From contig JAIKZF010000044.1 in the NCBI GenBank assembly GCA_024682455.1, positions 4,392-68,391 of the forward strand: a DNA stretch of 64,000 bases. Reading direction: 5' to 3'. Both the position numbers and the translations under genes were made by a program. Source of the stretch: Ruminiclostridium sp. (lineage in GTDB: Bacteria > Bacillota > Clostridia > Oscillospirales > Ruminococcaceae). How positions within the stretch are numbered: position 1 is the first letter of the stretch; each line of letters opens with the position of its first letter. The notes beneath the pieces were generated by a model that saw nothing but the letters and a program-made list of their open reading frames with translations, had not been told where the DNA came from and searched no databases. Positions 27,816 to 38,203 of this stretch are shown here, piece after piece.

Positions 27816-30212
27816 TCAGTTCAGCTTCCAGATATCGCGCGCGTAGTCGGAGACTGCACGATCGGCAGAGAACACGCCCGATCCTGCAATATTGGCAAGG
27901 GACATACGGTTCCACTTCGTGAGGTCGCGGTAATCGGAGCTTGCCTTTTCCTGAGCAGCGCGGTAGCTCTCGAAGTCCGCGAGGCACATATACTGATCGA
28001 CATAGCGTACAGCGTTCGCTACCTCGTCGAAGGTCGCGCCGTTGAAGCCGCGGTACATAGCGTCGATAGCGCCTCTTATGGTCTCATTTCTGTCGTAGTA
28101 GCCGTCGGGAGAATAGCCGTTCGATCTCATAACGCCGACCTCGGGGGTGGACATCCCGAAGATGTAGATGTTATCGTCGCCGACCTGCTCGTGTATCTCT
28201 ACATTGGCGCCGTCGTAGGTACCCATTGTAACGGCTCCGTTGAGCATGAGCTTCATATTGCCGGTGCCGCTTGCTTCTGTACCAGCGAGGGATATCTGTT
28301 CGGAGATCTCGGCGGCGGGCATGAGAAGCTCGGACAGGGTAACGCGGTAGTCCTCAAGGAAGATGACCGCGAGCTTTTCGTTGAGCTTCGGATCCTTCTT
28401 CAGCTCCTCGCCTATGCACCAGATAAGCTTGATTATCTGCTTTGCCATATAGTAGCCGGGAGCAGCCTTTGAAGCGAAGATGTAGGTCTTGGGCTGGAAG
28501 TCGGCGTCCGGATTATTGCGCAGATAGTTGAACTGCGAGATAATATGCAGGGCGTTGAGCTGCTGACGCTTGTATTCGTGCAGTCTCTTTACCTGAACAT
28601 CGAAGATGCTGTCGGGGTTGAGCTTTGTGCCGGTCGTGTTGAAGACATACTTCGCGAACGACTCCTTGTTCTTGTGCTTGATCTCCGACAGTCTTGTGAG
28701 AACGTCGGTGTCGTTGAGGAAGGAGCGCAGCTTGCTGAGCTGTCCGCCGTCCTTCTTGAAGCCGTCGCCTATGCACTCGGAGATCAGCCCGGTGAGTCCC
28801 GGGTTGGACTGGAGCAGCCAGCGGCGGTAAGCTATACCGTTTGTGACGTTGGTGAACTTCTTGGGCGTGAGCTCATACTCATCGTGGAACACGCTGTACT
28901 TGATGATCTCGCTGTGCAGTCTGGAAACGCCGTTTACCGAGTGTGAAGCCGCAACGCAGAGTGTAGCCATTCTTATCTGGTTGTTGCGGAATATGGACAT
29001 AGCCTCTACCTTCTCGTAGGGCAGGGTCTCGGAAAGCTTCTCGCAGTAGCGGCGGTTGATCTCGCAGATGATCGAGTAGATTCTCGGGAGTATCTTTTCG
29101 ATGAGATTCTTGTCCCACTTTTCGAGGGCTTCCGCCATGACCGTGTGATTGGTGTAGGCAAAGGTCTTGCATACTATATCCCACGACTTGTTCCAGTCGT
29201 AGCCGCAGTCGTCGAGCAGTATCCTCATAAGCTCGGGTATGGCGAGAGTCGGGTGAGTGTCGTTTACGTGGATAGCTACCTTATCCGGCAGGTTTTCAAG
29301 AGTGCCGTAGATGTTCATGTGGCGCATTACGATATCGCCGACCGAAGCCGCGCACATGAAATACTGCTGGCGCAGACGAAGAGCCTTGCCTTCAAGGTGG
29401 TTATCGTTCGGGTAGAGCACCTTGGTGAGCGAATGAGCGATATTGCTTGCTCCGAGAGCCGTGGTATAGTCGCCGGAGTTGAACGCGCTCATATCGAAGG
29501 ACATACTCTTGGCGCTCCAGAGGCGCAGCTTGGAAACGCCCTCGCTGTCGTAGCCGGAAACGTACATATCATAGGGTACAGCGAGAACTGTGTTGTAGTT
29601 TACGTGAGATATGTGGTGATACTCGTTTTCCCAGTATTCACGGACCTCGCCGTCGAAATGTACCTCAAGCGCCTGATCCTCAACGGGCGTGAGCCACGCG
29701 CCGCCTCCGGGAAGCCAGTTGTCGGGGAGCTCGGTTTGCCAGCCGTCGATTATCTTCTGCTTGAAGATACCGTACTCATAGAGCAGGGAATAGCCGGTAG
29801 CCGGGAACTCGCAGGTCGCCATGCCGTCAAGGTAACAGGCTGCAAGTCTGCCGAGACCGCCGTTGCCGAGACCGGCGTCGGGCTCCTCGTCGTAGATGAC
29901 GGAGGGCTTTATCTTGTATTCGTCCTTGAGTATGGACTCAACGTCCTCGTTCATGCCAAGGTTGTAGAGAGAAGTCTTCAGCGAACGTCCCATGAGGAAT
30001 TCCATGGAGATGTAGTAAACCTGTTTCTTGCCTATGGAGTTGCATTTTGTCATGAACAGGTGGCGCTTTTCGCGCAGCGCGTTCACAACGATCTTGGAGA
30101 GTGCCTTGTAGATCTGGGTGCTTGTGGCTTCGGCGGGGCCGATGCGGAAATCAATCTCCAGTGTATCCTTCAGCTTCTTGCTGATCTGCTCCTTTGTAAG
30201 CGGAGAAGTCAT
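27816..30212 (-). CDS. glgP: glycogen/starch phosphorylase
   Basis: LGNGGLGRLAAC, NDTHP, VKRLHEYKRQ, EASGTGNMKLMLNG; GGAAGG RBS before ATG 30212. Confidence 0.97.
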   Translation of the reverse strand: MTSPLTKEQISKKLKDTLEIDFRIGPAEATSTQIYKALSKIVVNALREKRHLFMTKCNSIGKKQVYYISMEFLMGRSLKTSLYNLGMNEDVESILKDEYKIKPSVIYDEEPDAGLGNGGLGRLAACYLDGMATCEFPATGYSLLYEYGIFKQKIIDGWQTELPDNWLPGGGAWLTPVEDQALEVHFDGEVREYWENEYHHISHVNYNTVLAVPYDMYVSGYDSEGVSKLRLWSAKSMSFDMSAFNSGDYTTALGASNIAHSLTKVLYPNDNHLEGKALRLRQQYFMCAASVGDIVMRHMNIYGTLENLPDKVAIHVNDTHPTLAIPELMRILLDDCGYDWNKSWDIVCKTFAYTNHTVMAEALEKWDKNLIEKILPRIYSIICEINRRYCEKLSETLPYEKVEAMSIFRNNQIRMATLCVAASHSVNGVSRLHSEIIKYSVFHDEYELTPKKFTNVTNGIAYRRWLLQSNPGLTGLISECIGDGFKKDGGQLSKLRSFLNDTDVLTRLSEIKHKNKESFAKYVFNTTGTKLNPDSIFDVQVKRLHEYKRQQLNALHIISQFNYLRNNPDADFQPKTYIFASKAAPGYYMAKQIIKLIWCIGEELKKDPKLNEKLAVIFLEDYRVTLSELLMPAAEISEQISLAGTEASGTGNMKLMLNGAVTMGTYDGANVEIHEQVGDDNIYIFGMSTPEVGVMRSNGYSPDGYYDRNETIRGAIDAMYRGFNGATFDEVANAVRYVDQYMCLADFESYRAAQEKASSDYRDLTKWNRMSLANIAGSGVFSADRAVSDYARDIWKLN

Positions 30213-30380
30213 GTCTATCAATCCTTCCTGAAAAACAAATAACGATGGGGTACTCTTTACCACATTCACAGATATTATATCACATTTTGGCTTAAATTTC
30301 AACCGTAAAAGCACGATTTCAATTATTTTGTCGATTTTTAACAGAATTATGGCAAATATTTATAGGTTTATCACAATTTT

Positions 30381-31052
30381 TTATATCGTTTCCTGTAAAA
30401 GTTCGGTAAAATCACAGATAAAGAGATCCGCGGTCTTTTCTATCGCTTCCGCGTCGCGGCAGGAGACCTCATCAAATACGCCTACTGTGCGGAAGCCCCC
30501 GGCTTTGGCGCCTTTTACTGCTATATATATATCCTCGAAAACGACAGCTTCGCTGTCCGGCACGCCGAGGCGGCTGCACGCGAGGCTGTACACATCGGGG
30601 AAGCCCTTTTTCCGTTCACATTCGTTGACTGTCGCGAACGCCCCGAAGAAGCCGTCTATGCCCGTTCTTTCAAGTCCGGGGCGATAGAGCGGAGCGTCGC
30701 TTGCCGTGGCTACGGCGAGCTTCACGCCTCCGTCACGCAGTATGCGCAGGAAATCGTAAGCTCCGGGTTTCAGAGTCACGCGGGTGCGGTAGAAATCAAG
30801 CGCCTCATCGAACCAGCATTTCATCATCTCCTCGGGGGAGATGTCGAGCTTAAAGCGCTCTTTGGTATATTTCGCGGTCTCTTCCGCGCCGAGGTGAGCA
30901 ATCGCCAGCAGGTAGTCCTCCGGCACCTCGTCTATGCCCATTTTGTTAAGGAACCACTCGTCTATGTTTCTCCAGAAGCCCATGGAATCGAACAGCGTTC
31001 CGTCCAGATCGAACACCGCCGCGGTGAACTCTCCCAATCCTTTTATCCTCAT
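30381..31052 (-). CDS. HAD family phosphatase
   Basis: FDLDGTL, ATAS, KGFPDVY, VFED. Confidence 0.85.
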   Translation of the reverse strand: MRIKGLGEFTAAVFDLDGTLFDSMGFWRNIDEWFLNKMGIDEVPEDYLLAIAHLGAEETAKYTKERFKLDISPEEMMKCWFDEALDFYRTRVTLKPGAYDFLRILRDGGVKLAVATASDAPLYRPGLERTGIDGFFGAFATVNECERKKGFPDVYSLACSRLGVPDSEAVVFEDIYIAVKGAKAGGFRTVGVFDEVSCRDAEAIEKTADLFICDFTELLQETI

Positions 31053-31648
31053 TCGCTGCCCAGCCTTGCTCTGATATAATCAGTAAGGATATCCGCCGCC
31101 TTGTCTATGCCGATATCGGAGTTCACCGAGATGTCATAGGTCTGTACCTTGCCCCACGCGTCGTCGGCGAAGTAATTGTAATACGCTATACGGTTCTTGT
31201 CCTTTTTCATCAGATACGCTTTGTAGTTGTCGTTGTCCGCTTTTTCACTGTACTCGTCGCGCACTCTTGCTATGCGGCTCTCCAGAGGAGCTGTGACAAA
31301 GACGTTTATGACGTTCGGGAAGCCGCGGAGAACATAATCGGCGCAGCGTCCGACTATTACGCAGCTCTCCTTGTTGTAGAGATCCTTTATCACTCTTGAC
31401 TGGGCTATGAAAATCATATCCGAGGCGGGGAGTATCTGGCTTCCTATGTACAGGTGATAGAGCAGGCTCTGGGTCTTTTTCTGATCGTTGCGGCGGACGA
31501 AGTCCTCGGTATAGCCGCTCTCCTTTGCCACGAGGGACAGCAGCTCGCCGTCGTAGAAGCTTATCCCCAGCTCATCGGCGAGCTTTTTTCCTATCAGTCT
31601 GCCGCCCGAGCCGTATTCTCTCGATACTGTGATAACGTATTTGTCCAT
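31049..31648 (-). CDS. cytidylate kinase-like family protein
   Basis: ITVSREYGSGGR, CVIVGRCADYVL, R..YYNY. Confidence 0.85.
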   Translation of the reverse strand: MDKYVITVSREYGSGGRLIGKKLADELGISFYDGELLSLVAKESGYTEDFVRRNDQKKTQSLLYHLYIGSQILPASDMIFIAQSRVIKDLYNKESCVIVGRCADYVLRGFPNVINVFVTAPLESRIARVRDEYSEKADNDNYKAYLMKKDKNRIAYYNYFADDAWGKVQTYDISVNSDIGIDKAADILTDYIRARLGSE

Positions 31649-31770
31649 GCTGTTTTCCTCCGTATTTAGCTTTTTTTATCGTGTCTCTGTTTATTCTGCT
31701 TTTACGTTCTGCGGTTAGTTCCGTTTAGTCGCTGCGTTGGGTGGTGCCTACGTTTTTCGGAGATTTTCAT

Positions 31771-31870
31771 AAGGGGCACTACCTACCGGATCTGCAAGGC
31801 GAAGCGGTTTAGTTTAGGGTCCAGGCCTTTTTAAAGGGCTGGCCGCCGGAGGCACTCGAGCGTCAGCGGC
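31771..31870. repeat. dispersed repeat, partial copy of the 53.3-53.6 kb element core
   Basis: GCACTACCTACC..CTGCAAGGCGAAGCGGTTT.GTTT.AGGGTCC..GCCTTTTT..AAA and GGCCGCCGGAGGCACTCGAGCGT.AGCGGC match 53378-53445 and 53518-53547. Confidence 0.9.
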
Positions 31871-32468
31871 CCTTGCTGAACACACACCCGCAGTAATTCT
31901 GCCTGTATAAGTTATATGTCTGCGAGAGGACTATCGAGCGCTTATATCCTTCCTTCTTCTTGAAATCGGAGAAGAGGTACGGCACACCGACCCGTGCGGA
32001 TTCCTCCGCGCCGATCTCGTTGAGCTTTTGCGCGTTTTTCAGCGGGCTTATGGATAGCGTGGTGGTGAAATAGTCAAAGCCCCCGGCTCTTGCGGTATCG
32101 GCAGCCTCGGCGAGCCGGAGCCGGTAGCAGCGAAAGCACCGCTCGCCGCCCTCGGGAACATTCTCATATCCCTTCGCTGTCGCGAAGAACTTTTCGGGCT
32201 CGTAAACGCCCTCGGAGAAGCTTACGGGATATTTGTGGGGCTGCTCGGAGATAAGGCGTTTCAGCTCGTTCACGCGCTTGTCGTATTCGGCTCTTTCGTC
32301 AATATTCGGATTGTAATAATGCGCTGTGATATGGAAATGCGAGGTCAGGTATTCCAGCACATAGCTGCTGCACGGGGCACAGCAGCAGTGGAGCAGCAGG
32401 GTAGGGACCCTGCCCTCGTCGGCAAGCTCTTTAAGCTTTGCGTCAAGCTCTTTCTGATAATTGATCAT
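31863..32468 (-). CDS. queH: epoxyqueuosine reductase QueH
   Basis: LLLHCCCAPCS, YNPNI, EGGERCFRCY, FTTTLSISP, LYRQNYCGC; ATG 32468 overlaps the upstream stop (ATGA). Confidence 0.9.
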   Translation of the reverse strand: MINYQKELDAKLKELADEGRVPTLLLHCCCAPCSSYVLEYLTSHFHITAHYYNPNIDERAEYDKRVNELKRLISEQPHKYPVSFSEGVYEPEKFFATAKGYENVPEGGERCFRCYRLRLAEAADTARAGGFDYFTTTLSISPLKNAQKLNEIGAEESARVGVPYLFSDFKKKEGYKRSIVLSQTYNLYRQNYCGCVFSKGR

Positions 32469-32974
32469 TTGCTCCTGCTCCGCTTTTCCGCTATGATCTC
32501 CGACGTTTCCTGCACAGTACCCGAGAGCACGTTGTCCTTCTGCAGGATAATGAGCATATCGCTGTCGGTCTTTAAGAAAAACGCGCGCTTGCCTTCGTAG
32601 ATGTCGTTTATCTTGTTCCAGTCCGTAACGCTGCGCGGAACGCCGTTCTGCACAATGATTATCTTTTCCGACGACACCGAGCAGACAAGTCCGTCGAACG
32701 CCGCGTATGCGGCAAGCATCTTGTTCGAGTATGTGCGTATCGTGAAGAACAGAAGCCCCGCCACAGCCAGATCCATTACCGCCGCGCAGAGCGCCGTAAT
32801 CAGCATAGCTCCGATCTGCGAGATAAAGTACATTATCAGTGAGGACACCGGTATCGCTATCAGCAGAGCCGCGCATATCATGGGAAGAATTATGCCTCCG
32901 GCTCCGCAGGTCATCGAATGTGTGATGTACTCGCTCATGGTCTTTTTGTCATATTTCATCGCGTAGTCCGTCAT
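32465..32974 (-). CDS. YcxB-like two-TM membrane protein
   Basis: Two TMs followed by WNKINDIYEGKRAFFL...IILQK. Confidence 0.65.
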   Translation of the reverse strand: MTDYAMKYDKKTMSEYITHSMTCGAGGIILPMICAALLIAIPVSSLIMYFISQIGAMLITALCAAVMDLAVAGLLFFTIRTYSNKMLAAYAAFDGLVCSVSSEKIIIVQNGVPRSVTDWNKINDIYEGKRAFFLKTDSDMLIILQKDNVLSGTVQETSEIIAEKRSRSK

Positions 32975-33582
32975 TATACTACCCTCCCGACTATCTCAAA
33001 CACGGGACCGTGCTGCCACATGAACGTGGACAGCGCGATCTGTATGCACTCGCCCTGACCTATGGCAAAGTCCGCGGGCTTGCCCTTCGGCAGTCCGTAG
33101 TTCGCGCACAGGTTCATTATCACGCCTCCGTGGGTTATCATAGCCGCGCGGGTGACCTGATCGTGCATCATATCCCTGAAAACCTCTTCAAGCCCGTCCA
33201 GGCAGCGCAGCGTGAATTCCTCCATCGTCTCGCCCCCGGGAGCGGATTTGTCGAAGCCGCCTTTCAGCCATTCCGCATACTCGGGCAGCTCTTCAAGCTC
33301 GGAGGCGGACTTGTTCTCCCATTCGCCGAAGTCGCACTCGGCAATGTTGTCTATCTCCTTGACGTAACGGTCGGGATAGATGATGTCGGCAGTCTCCAGG
33401 CAGCGTTTGAGAGGGCTGGAGTAGACCTTCTGCACGTTGGGGTAAAGGTGCTCCTGCGCGAGCCGTGTGATCGCGCAGAAGCCTTCGTCGCACAGCGGCA
33501 GGTCAGTGAGCCCAATGTAGCGGCCTTCGAGATTTGCATCGGTGATACCGTGCCGTATCAGATAAAGCGTGTAATTTTTCAT
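32974..33582 (-). CDS. histidine phosphatase family (CobC/phosphoglycerate mutase-like)
   Basis: LIRHG, SSPLKRC, ECDFGEWE, THGG. Confidence 0.9.
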   Translation of the reverse strand: MKNYTLYLIRHGITDANLEGRYIGLTDLPLCDEGFCAITRLAQEHLYPNVQKVYSSPLKRCLETADIIYPDRYVKEIDNIAECDFGEWENKSASELEELPEYAEWLKGGFDKSAPGGETMEEFTLRCLDGLEEVFRDMMHDQVTRAAMITHGGVIMNLCANYGLPKGKPADFAIGQGECIQIALSTFMWQHGPVFEIVGRVV

Positions 33583-33799
33583 TCTGCAGATTTCCTTTAT
33601 TTCATGGCTTTTTCAGCCGTTTTTTTCGTTTAGTGAAGCATATCTTACGATAATGGTGTATTATATCAAATAAACAAACGCCATAAGTTTTTTTGTCAAA
33701 ATTGCCAATTTACAAAAAGTAATAAATCATATATAATACTACTTGTATGCACTCTCAAACAGAGGTATAACATTAATATCCGAAAGGTTTGAGTATTTA

Positions 33800-34474
33800 A
33801 TGAACAGCGATTTTCCGAGAATATTATCACTGCTCCGAAAAGAAAGACATATAAGCCAGAAGGCCGCCGCCGCCGATCTCGGCGTTGCTCAGGCTCTCCT
33901 TTCACATTATGAGAAGGGCAAGCGTGAATGCGGTCTCGATTTCCTTGTAAGAGTCGCGGACTATTACGGCGTGACGACCGATTATCTTCTCGGACGTTCA
34001 GCGTCTACGACCGGCAACCTTATCACCGCCAACGATATCCCCGAGGTGTCGGGCGACCGCGAGAGAGCTCAGCCCGGTGCGGATATCACGCTCACTATGT
34101 CCCGTAAGCTGCTCGTAAACAGCATAGATATCATTTACAGTCTGCTCGGCAGGATCGGCAACAACCGCTTCAGCCTTAAGATCGTGAATATGCTGAACCT
34201 TACGGTGTATAAGGTATTCCGCATCGTGTACCGCTCGAACAGGTCGAATACGCAGAGTATGTTCGAGGTGCCGGACGAGCGCGCGTGCCATTACGCAGAC
34301 GCCCTCGTACATATCGAGGAGGCGGAGGCCGCGTCGCTGGTAAAGGACGCGTCTCTCGACAATCCCGAGATATCTACTGTTGTGATAGAGACCGATTTCC
34401 CGCGGCAGTCGCCCGCTCTGCTGAGTCTCATCAAATCCAGCGAGGCACAGATCAAGAAGCAGGTAGAAAAGTAA
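33800..34474 (+). CDS. XRE-family HTH transcriptional regulator
   Basis: LRKERHISQKAAAADLGVAQALLSHYEKGKRE...ADYYGVTTDYLLG. Confidence 0.85.
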   Translation: MNSDFPRILSLLRKERHISQKAAAADLGVAQALLSHYEKGKRECGLDFLVRVADYYGVTTDYLLGRSASTTGNLITANDIPEVSGDRERAQPGADITLTMSRKLLVNSIDIIYSLLGRIGNNRFSLKIVNMLNLTVYKVFRIVYRSNRSNTQSMFEVPDERACHYADALVHIEEAEAASLVKDASLDNPEISTVVIETDFPRQSPALLSLIKSSEAQIKKQVEK

Positions 34475-34513
34475 GTTTATATGAGGACCGTGATCCTTCC
34501 GGAGCACGGTCTT

Positions 34514-35536
34514 TTATTTTTGCTTTTTGTAGGGCGGAGTCGCCAGAGCAGCCTCATATACGGCTTTCAGGTGGTTTGCGACCTCTGTGATGCTCTTGTC
34601 CTCGACCGCGCGGCAGCCCTGTTCGCCGAGAGCGGGGAGCCTGCCGTTCGCGATATCCTCGATCTTCTTCCGGAAGCCGTCGATGTCGTCCGCCATATAG
34701 CAGTCAACATCGCGCCTGAGCCAGTCGAAGCACGGTATGTCGCGCACAAGTACATTCGCCCGCGCCGCGAGAGCTTCGAGCAGCACTATGCCCTCGGTCT
34801 CCTCGTAGGTGGGGAATATGTACACGTCGCTGCCCACATAGGCTTTTTTCAGATCCGCCGGCTGAACATATCCCGCGAACAGCAGATTCGGGAGCTTCGT
34901 CTTTACTGCCTTGCGTATCTTGTGCGGAATGGATATCATCGGTGTCTTGCCGAACCATATGAACTTGTAGTCCGGCATACTGCGCGCGAGCTCCACGAAA
35001 TCGAGTATGCCCTTGCGCTCGAAGTACAGACCCACGGCTATGACGACCTTGTCGTCCTCTTTGAGCCCGAACTGCCTGCGGAACTCCGCGCGGTCGGTGT
35101 CCTTGGGCTTGTAGAAGTCAAGGTCAATGCCGTTCGAGACCGCGTATATCGGGGTCTTTATCCCGTAGCCGGTCAGCAGGCGCTTTGAATACTCCGTCGG
35201 CGTGACTATCACGTCTCCCAGCAGATAGCAGGAGACTATCCACTTCTTGAAAAGCTTGGATATCGCGTTTGCGAAGAAGAACGAGTTGCGGAAATCCTCC
35301 TCGGTCGAGTGCGCGTGGAAAACCACCTTCTTGCCCTCTTTATGCGCTTTTTTCGCGTAGCGGCGGGATTTCAGACCGTAGTAGTTGATGTGTATGATAT
35401 CCCAGTCCTTGTCCTTCGGTTCGAGAGTGAAGGGTATGCCGATGCTTGAAAGAGCTCTCTGCTGATGCATCACAGCTCTGCCGAGACCGGATATCTTGAA
35501 CACTTTTATTCCTTCTGTGTAAAGGCAGACTTTCAT
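34514..35536 (-). CDS. GT4 glycosyltransferase (diglycosyl-diacylglycerol synthase-like)
   Basis: HAHSTEEDFRNSF, SNGIDL, FPTYEETEGIVLLEALA; GGAG RBS. Confidence 0.88.
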   Translation of the reverse strand: MKVCLYTEGIKVFKISGLGRAVMHQQRALSSIGIPFTLEPKDKDWDIIHINYYGLKSRRYAKKAHKEGKKVVFHAHSTEEDFRNSFFFANAISKLFKKWIVSCYLLGDVIVTPTEYSKRLLTGYGIKTPIYAVSNGIDLDFYKPKDTDRAEFRRQFGLKEDDKVVIAVGLYFERKGILDFVELARSMPDYKFIWFGKTPMISIPHKIRKAVKTKLPNLLFAGYVQPADLKKAYVGSDVYIFPTYEETEGIVLLEALAARANVLVRDIPCFDWLRRDVDCYMADDIDGFRKKIEDIANGRLPALGEQGCRAVEDKSITEVANHLKAVYEAALATPPYKKQK

Positions 35537-35592
35537 AATTTCTCCATATCGCAAATGAGCGCATAGAAAAACTATGCGCTCCGCATTTTTAT

Positions 35593-36129
35593 TTAACCGT
35601 TGAAGTCCATACCGAGCCTGAGAGCCTTCATATTGGCTTCGAGCTTATCCGCCTTCTTAGGCGGTATGCACTTTTTCATTGCCTTTTCGATAACGGCTTC
35701 GTCCGTGAGACCGATCTCCTTGAGCATCTTTCCGGCGAGTATGATGTTCGCCATGCCTTTCAGACCGTTCTCGTTCGCCATTCCCGTTGCGGGGATGTAG
35801 AAGCACTTGATGTCTGTGCGGTCGCTGGTGCCCTCAACGAGCGTGCTGTCGATGAACGCCATGCCTCCCGCCTTTACAGCGCCTATGAACTTGTCGAAGC
35901 TCGGCGTGTTCATTACCATGAGCTCGGTGGGGTTGAGGATCAGCGGGGAACCGATAGGAAGATCGGACAGCGTTACCGAGCAGTTGCAGGTACCGCCGCG
36001 CATCTCGGGACCGTATGACGGGAGCCACGATACTTCCTTGCCCGCGTAGAGTCCCGCGTAAGCCAAGAGCTTGCCCGCGAACAGTATGCCCTGTCCGCCG
36101 AAGCCCGCAAGAAGAAATTCGTTCGTCAT
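35593..36129 (-). CDS. 2-oxoacid:ferredoxin oxidoreductase gamma subunit
   Basis: AGFGGQG, SYGPEMRGG. Confidence 0.92.
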   Translation of the reverse strand: MTNEFLLAGFGGQGILFAGKLLAYAGLYAGKEVSWLPSYGPEMRGGTCNCSVTLSDLPIGSPLILNPTELMVMNTPSFDKFIGAVKAGGMAFIDSTLVEGTSDRTDIKCFYIPATGMANENGLKGMANIILAGKMLKEIGLTDEAVIEKAMKKCIPPKKADKLEANMKALRLGMDFNG

Positions 36130-36890
36130 TGTGCAGCCGCCTCCTTGTTCCTTACCGCGCCGTCCTTGTAAACGCCGAGCGGATAGTAGGGTATCATATC
36201 GTTTTTCAGTCTCTCTATAGCCTGTACCGGAGTAAGACCCCAGTTGGTCGGGCAGGTGGAGAGCACTTCTATGATCGAGAAGCCCTGCTTGTTCTTCTGA
36301 TACTCAAAGCCCTTGCGGATAGCCGCCTTTGCCTTGCGGATATTGGCGGGGTCGATAACGGTGACTCTCTGCGCGAGAGCAACGCCGTCGAGCTGGGACA
36401 GCATCTCGCACATCTTTACCGGGAAGCCCTCGATATCGGTGTTTCTGCCGTAGGGAGTCGTCTGTGTGATCTGACCGGGCAGGGTGGTCGGAGCCATCTG
36501 ACCGCCTGTCATGCCGTAGGTGGTGTTGTTGATGAATATGACGGTGATGTTCTCGCCGCGTGTTGCAGCGTGAACGGTCTCTGCGGTACCGATAGCGGCA
36601 AGGTCGCCGTCGCCCTGATAGGTGAATACGAACTTGTCGGGATTAGCTCTCTTTATACCGGTAGCGACAGCCGGAGCGCGTCCGTGGGAAGCCTCCATCA
36701 TATCGCAGTTGAAGTAGTCATAAGCCATTACCGAGCAGCCTACGGGGCAAACGCCTATCGTATCGCCCTCGATATCCATTTCGTCGATGACCTCGGCGAC
36801 AAGGCGGTGAACTATACCGTGTGTGCAGCCGGGGCAGTAATGCAGATACGCGTCTGTGAGCGCGTGAGGTCTCTTAAAATCGGGCATCAC
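36126..36890 (-). CDS. 2-oxoacid:ferredoxin oxidoreductase beta (TPP-binding) subunit
   Basis: YCPGCTHG, HGRA, GDGD, YGMTGGQ. Confidence 0.92.
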   Translation of the reverse strand: MMPDFKRPHALTDAYLHYCPGCTHGIVHRLVAEVIDEMDIEGDTIGVCPVGCSVMAYDYFNCDMMEASHGRAPAVATGIKRANPDKFVFTYQGDGDLAAIGTAETVHAATRGENITVIFINNTTYGMTGGQMAPTTLPGQITQTTPYGRNTDIEGFPVKMCEMLSQLDGVALAQRVTVIDPANIRKAKAAIRKGFEYQKNKQGFSIIEVLSTCPTNWGLTPVQAIERLKNDMIPYYPLGVYKDGAVRNKEAAAQ

Positions 36891-37954
36891 TCATTACCTC
36901 CCATTTCTTTGATCTTTGCGAGTATCTCCGCGGGCGCGGGGATAACGCCGCCCGTTCTTCCGAAGAACTCAACGGGCTTCGAGCAGTTGATCGCGAGCTT
37001 TACGTCGTCTATCATCTGACCCATGGACATCTCCACGGTGAGCAGCTTCTTTGCGCTCTTTACGGCGTCGTTCAGCTCCTTTACCGGGTACGGATACAGG
37101 GTAACGGGTCTGAATACGCCCGCCTTGATGCCCTGCTTGCGCGCCTCATCGACAGCGGACTTTGCGAGTCTCGCGGTAGAGCCGTACGCTACGACCACGA
37201 TATCCGCGTCGTCGCAGTAGTCGGCGACAGCGAGAGTCTCGTTCTCTTCGATCTTCGCATAGCGCTCATAGCGGGCCCTGATCTTCTGCTCAAGCTCGGG
37301 AGCCTGGAGATAGAGGGAGTTGATGATATTGTGCTCGCGGCTGTTCTTGTGACCGTTCGCAGCCCACGGCTTGCCGGAAGCGTCGGACATAACGATCTCG
37401 GCGTCGTCGAACGCCACGGGCTCCATCATCTGACCGAGCAGACCGTCCGCGAGAACGACTGCGGGCATTCTGTACTTGTCGGCGAGGTCGAAAGCGCGTG
37501 TCACGCAGTCAGCCATTTCCTGAACTGTGGAGGGAGCGAGCACGATGATGTGGTAATCGCCGTGACCTACGCCCTTGGTGATCTGATAGTAGTCCGCCTG
37601 AGAGGGCTGGATACCGCCGAGGCCGGGGCCTCCGCGCATTACGTCGATAATTACGCAGGGCAGGTCAGCACCCGCGATGTAGGAGATACCCTCGGATTTA
37701 AGGGATATTCCGGGCGAGGACGAGGATGTCATGCATCTGATACCCGAGCCTGCACAGCCGTATACCATGTTGATGGCCGCGACCTCGGACTCTGCCTGGA
37801 GGAACACGCCTCCGACCTTGGGCATTCTCTTTGAGAGATATGCCGCGATCTCTGTCTGGGGGGTTATGGGGTAACCGAAGAAGCACTTGCAGCCTGCGCG
37901 CAGAGCTGCCTCCGCGAGAGCCTCATTGCCCTTCATCAAGCTTTTTTCAGCCAT
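36887..37954 (-). CDS. vorB: 2-oxoacid (ketoisovalerate-type) ferredoxin oxidoreductase alpha subunit
   Basis: GYPITPQ, QAESE, SSSPG, RGGPGLG. Confidence 0.85.
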   Translation of the reverse strand: MAEKSLMKGNEALAEAALRAGCKCFFGYPITPQTEIAAYLSKRMPKVGGVFLQAESEVAAINMVYGCAGSGIRCMTSSSSPGISLKSEGISYIAGADLPCVIIDVMRGGPGLGGIQPSQADYYQITKGVGHGDYHIIVLAPSTVQEMADCVTRAFDLADKYRMPAVVLADGLLGQMMEPVAFDDAEIVMSDASGKPWAANGHKNSREHNIINSLYLQAPELEQKIRARYERYAKIEENETLAVADYCDDADIVVVAYGSTARLAKSAVDEARKQGIKAGVFRPVTLYPYPVKELNDAVKSAKKLLTVEMSMGQMIDDVKLAINCSKPVEFFGRTGGVIPAPAEILAKIKEMGGNE

Positions 37955-38168
37955 TGTCCTTACCTCCCTTTACCGTGATAGCGCAGTCCGGGCACATCAT
38001 CGCGCACATCGCGCACGCTATACAGGCGTCGTCGTCGATGCAGTGAGCGGTGTAGTAGCCCTTCTTGTTGAGCTTTTCCTGTTGGATCTCGACTATTTTC
38101 TTGGGACAGGCTGTGACGCACAGCCCGCAGCCCTTGCAGCGGTCGAATTCAACTGTCATTTTTGCCAT
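37947..38168 (-). CDS. 2x[4Fe-4S] ferredoxin (delta subunit)
   Basis: CKGCGLCVTACP and CIACAMCAMMCP. Confidence 0.92.
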   Translation of the reverse strand: MAKMTVEFDRCKGCGLCVTACPKKIVEIQQEKLNKKGYYTAHCIDDDACIACAMCAMMCPDCAITVKGGKDNG

Positions 38169-38203
38169 TGACCATACTTCCTTTCTTTTTTATATATTAG
38201 CTT

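Noticed and set aside
32469-32876. N-terminal extension of queH in the ORF track
   Set aside because: Overlaps the YcxB-like gene in another frame; the ATGA-coupled start at 32468 gives a normal-length QueH.
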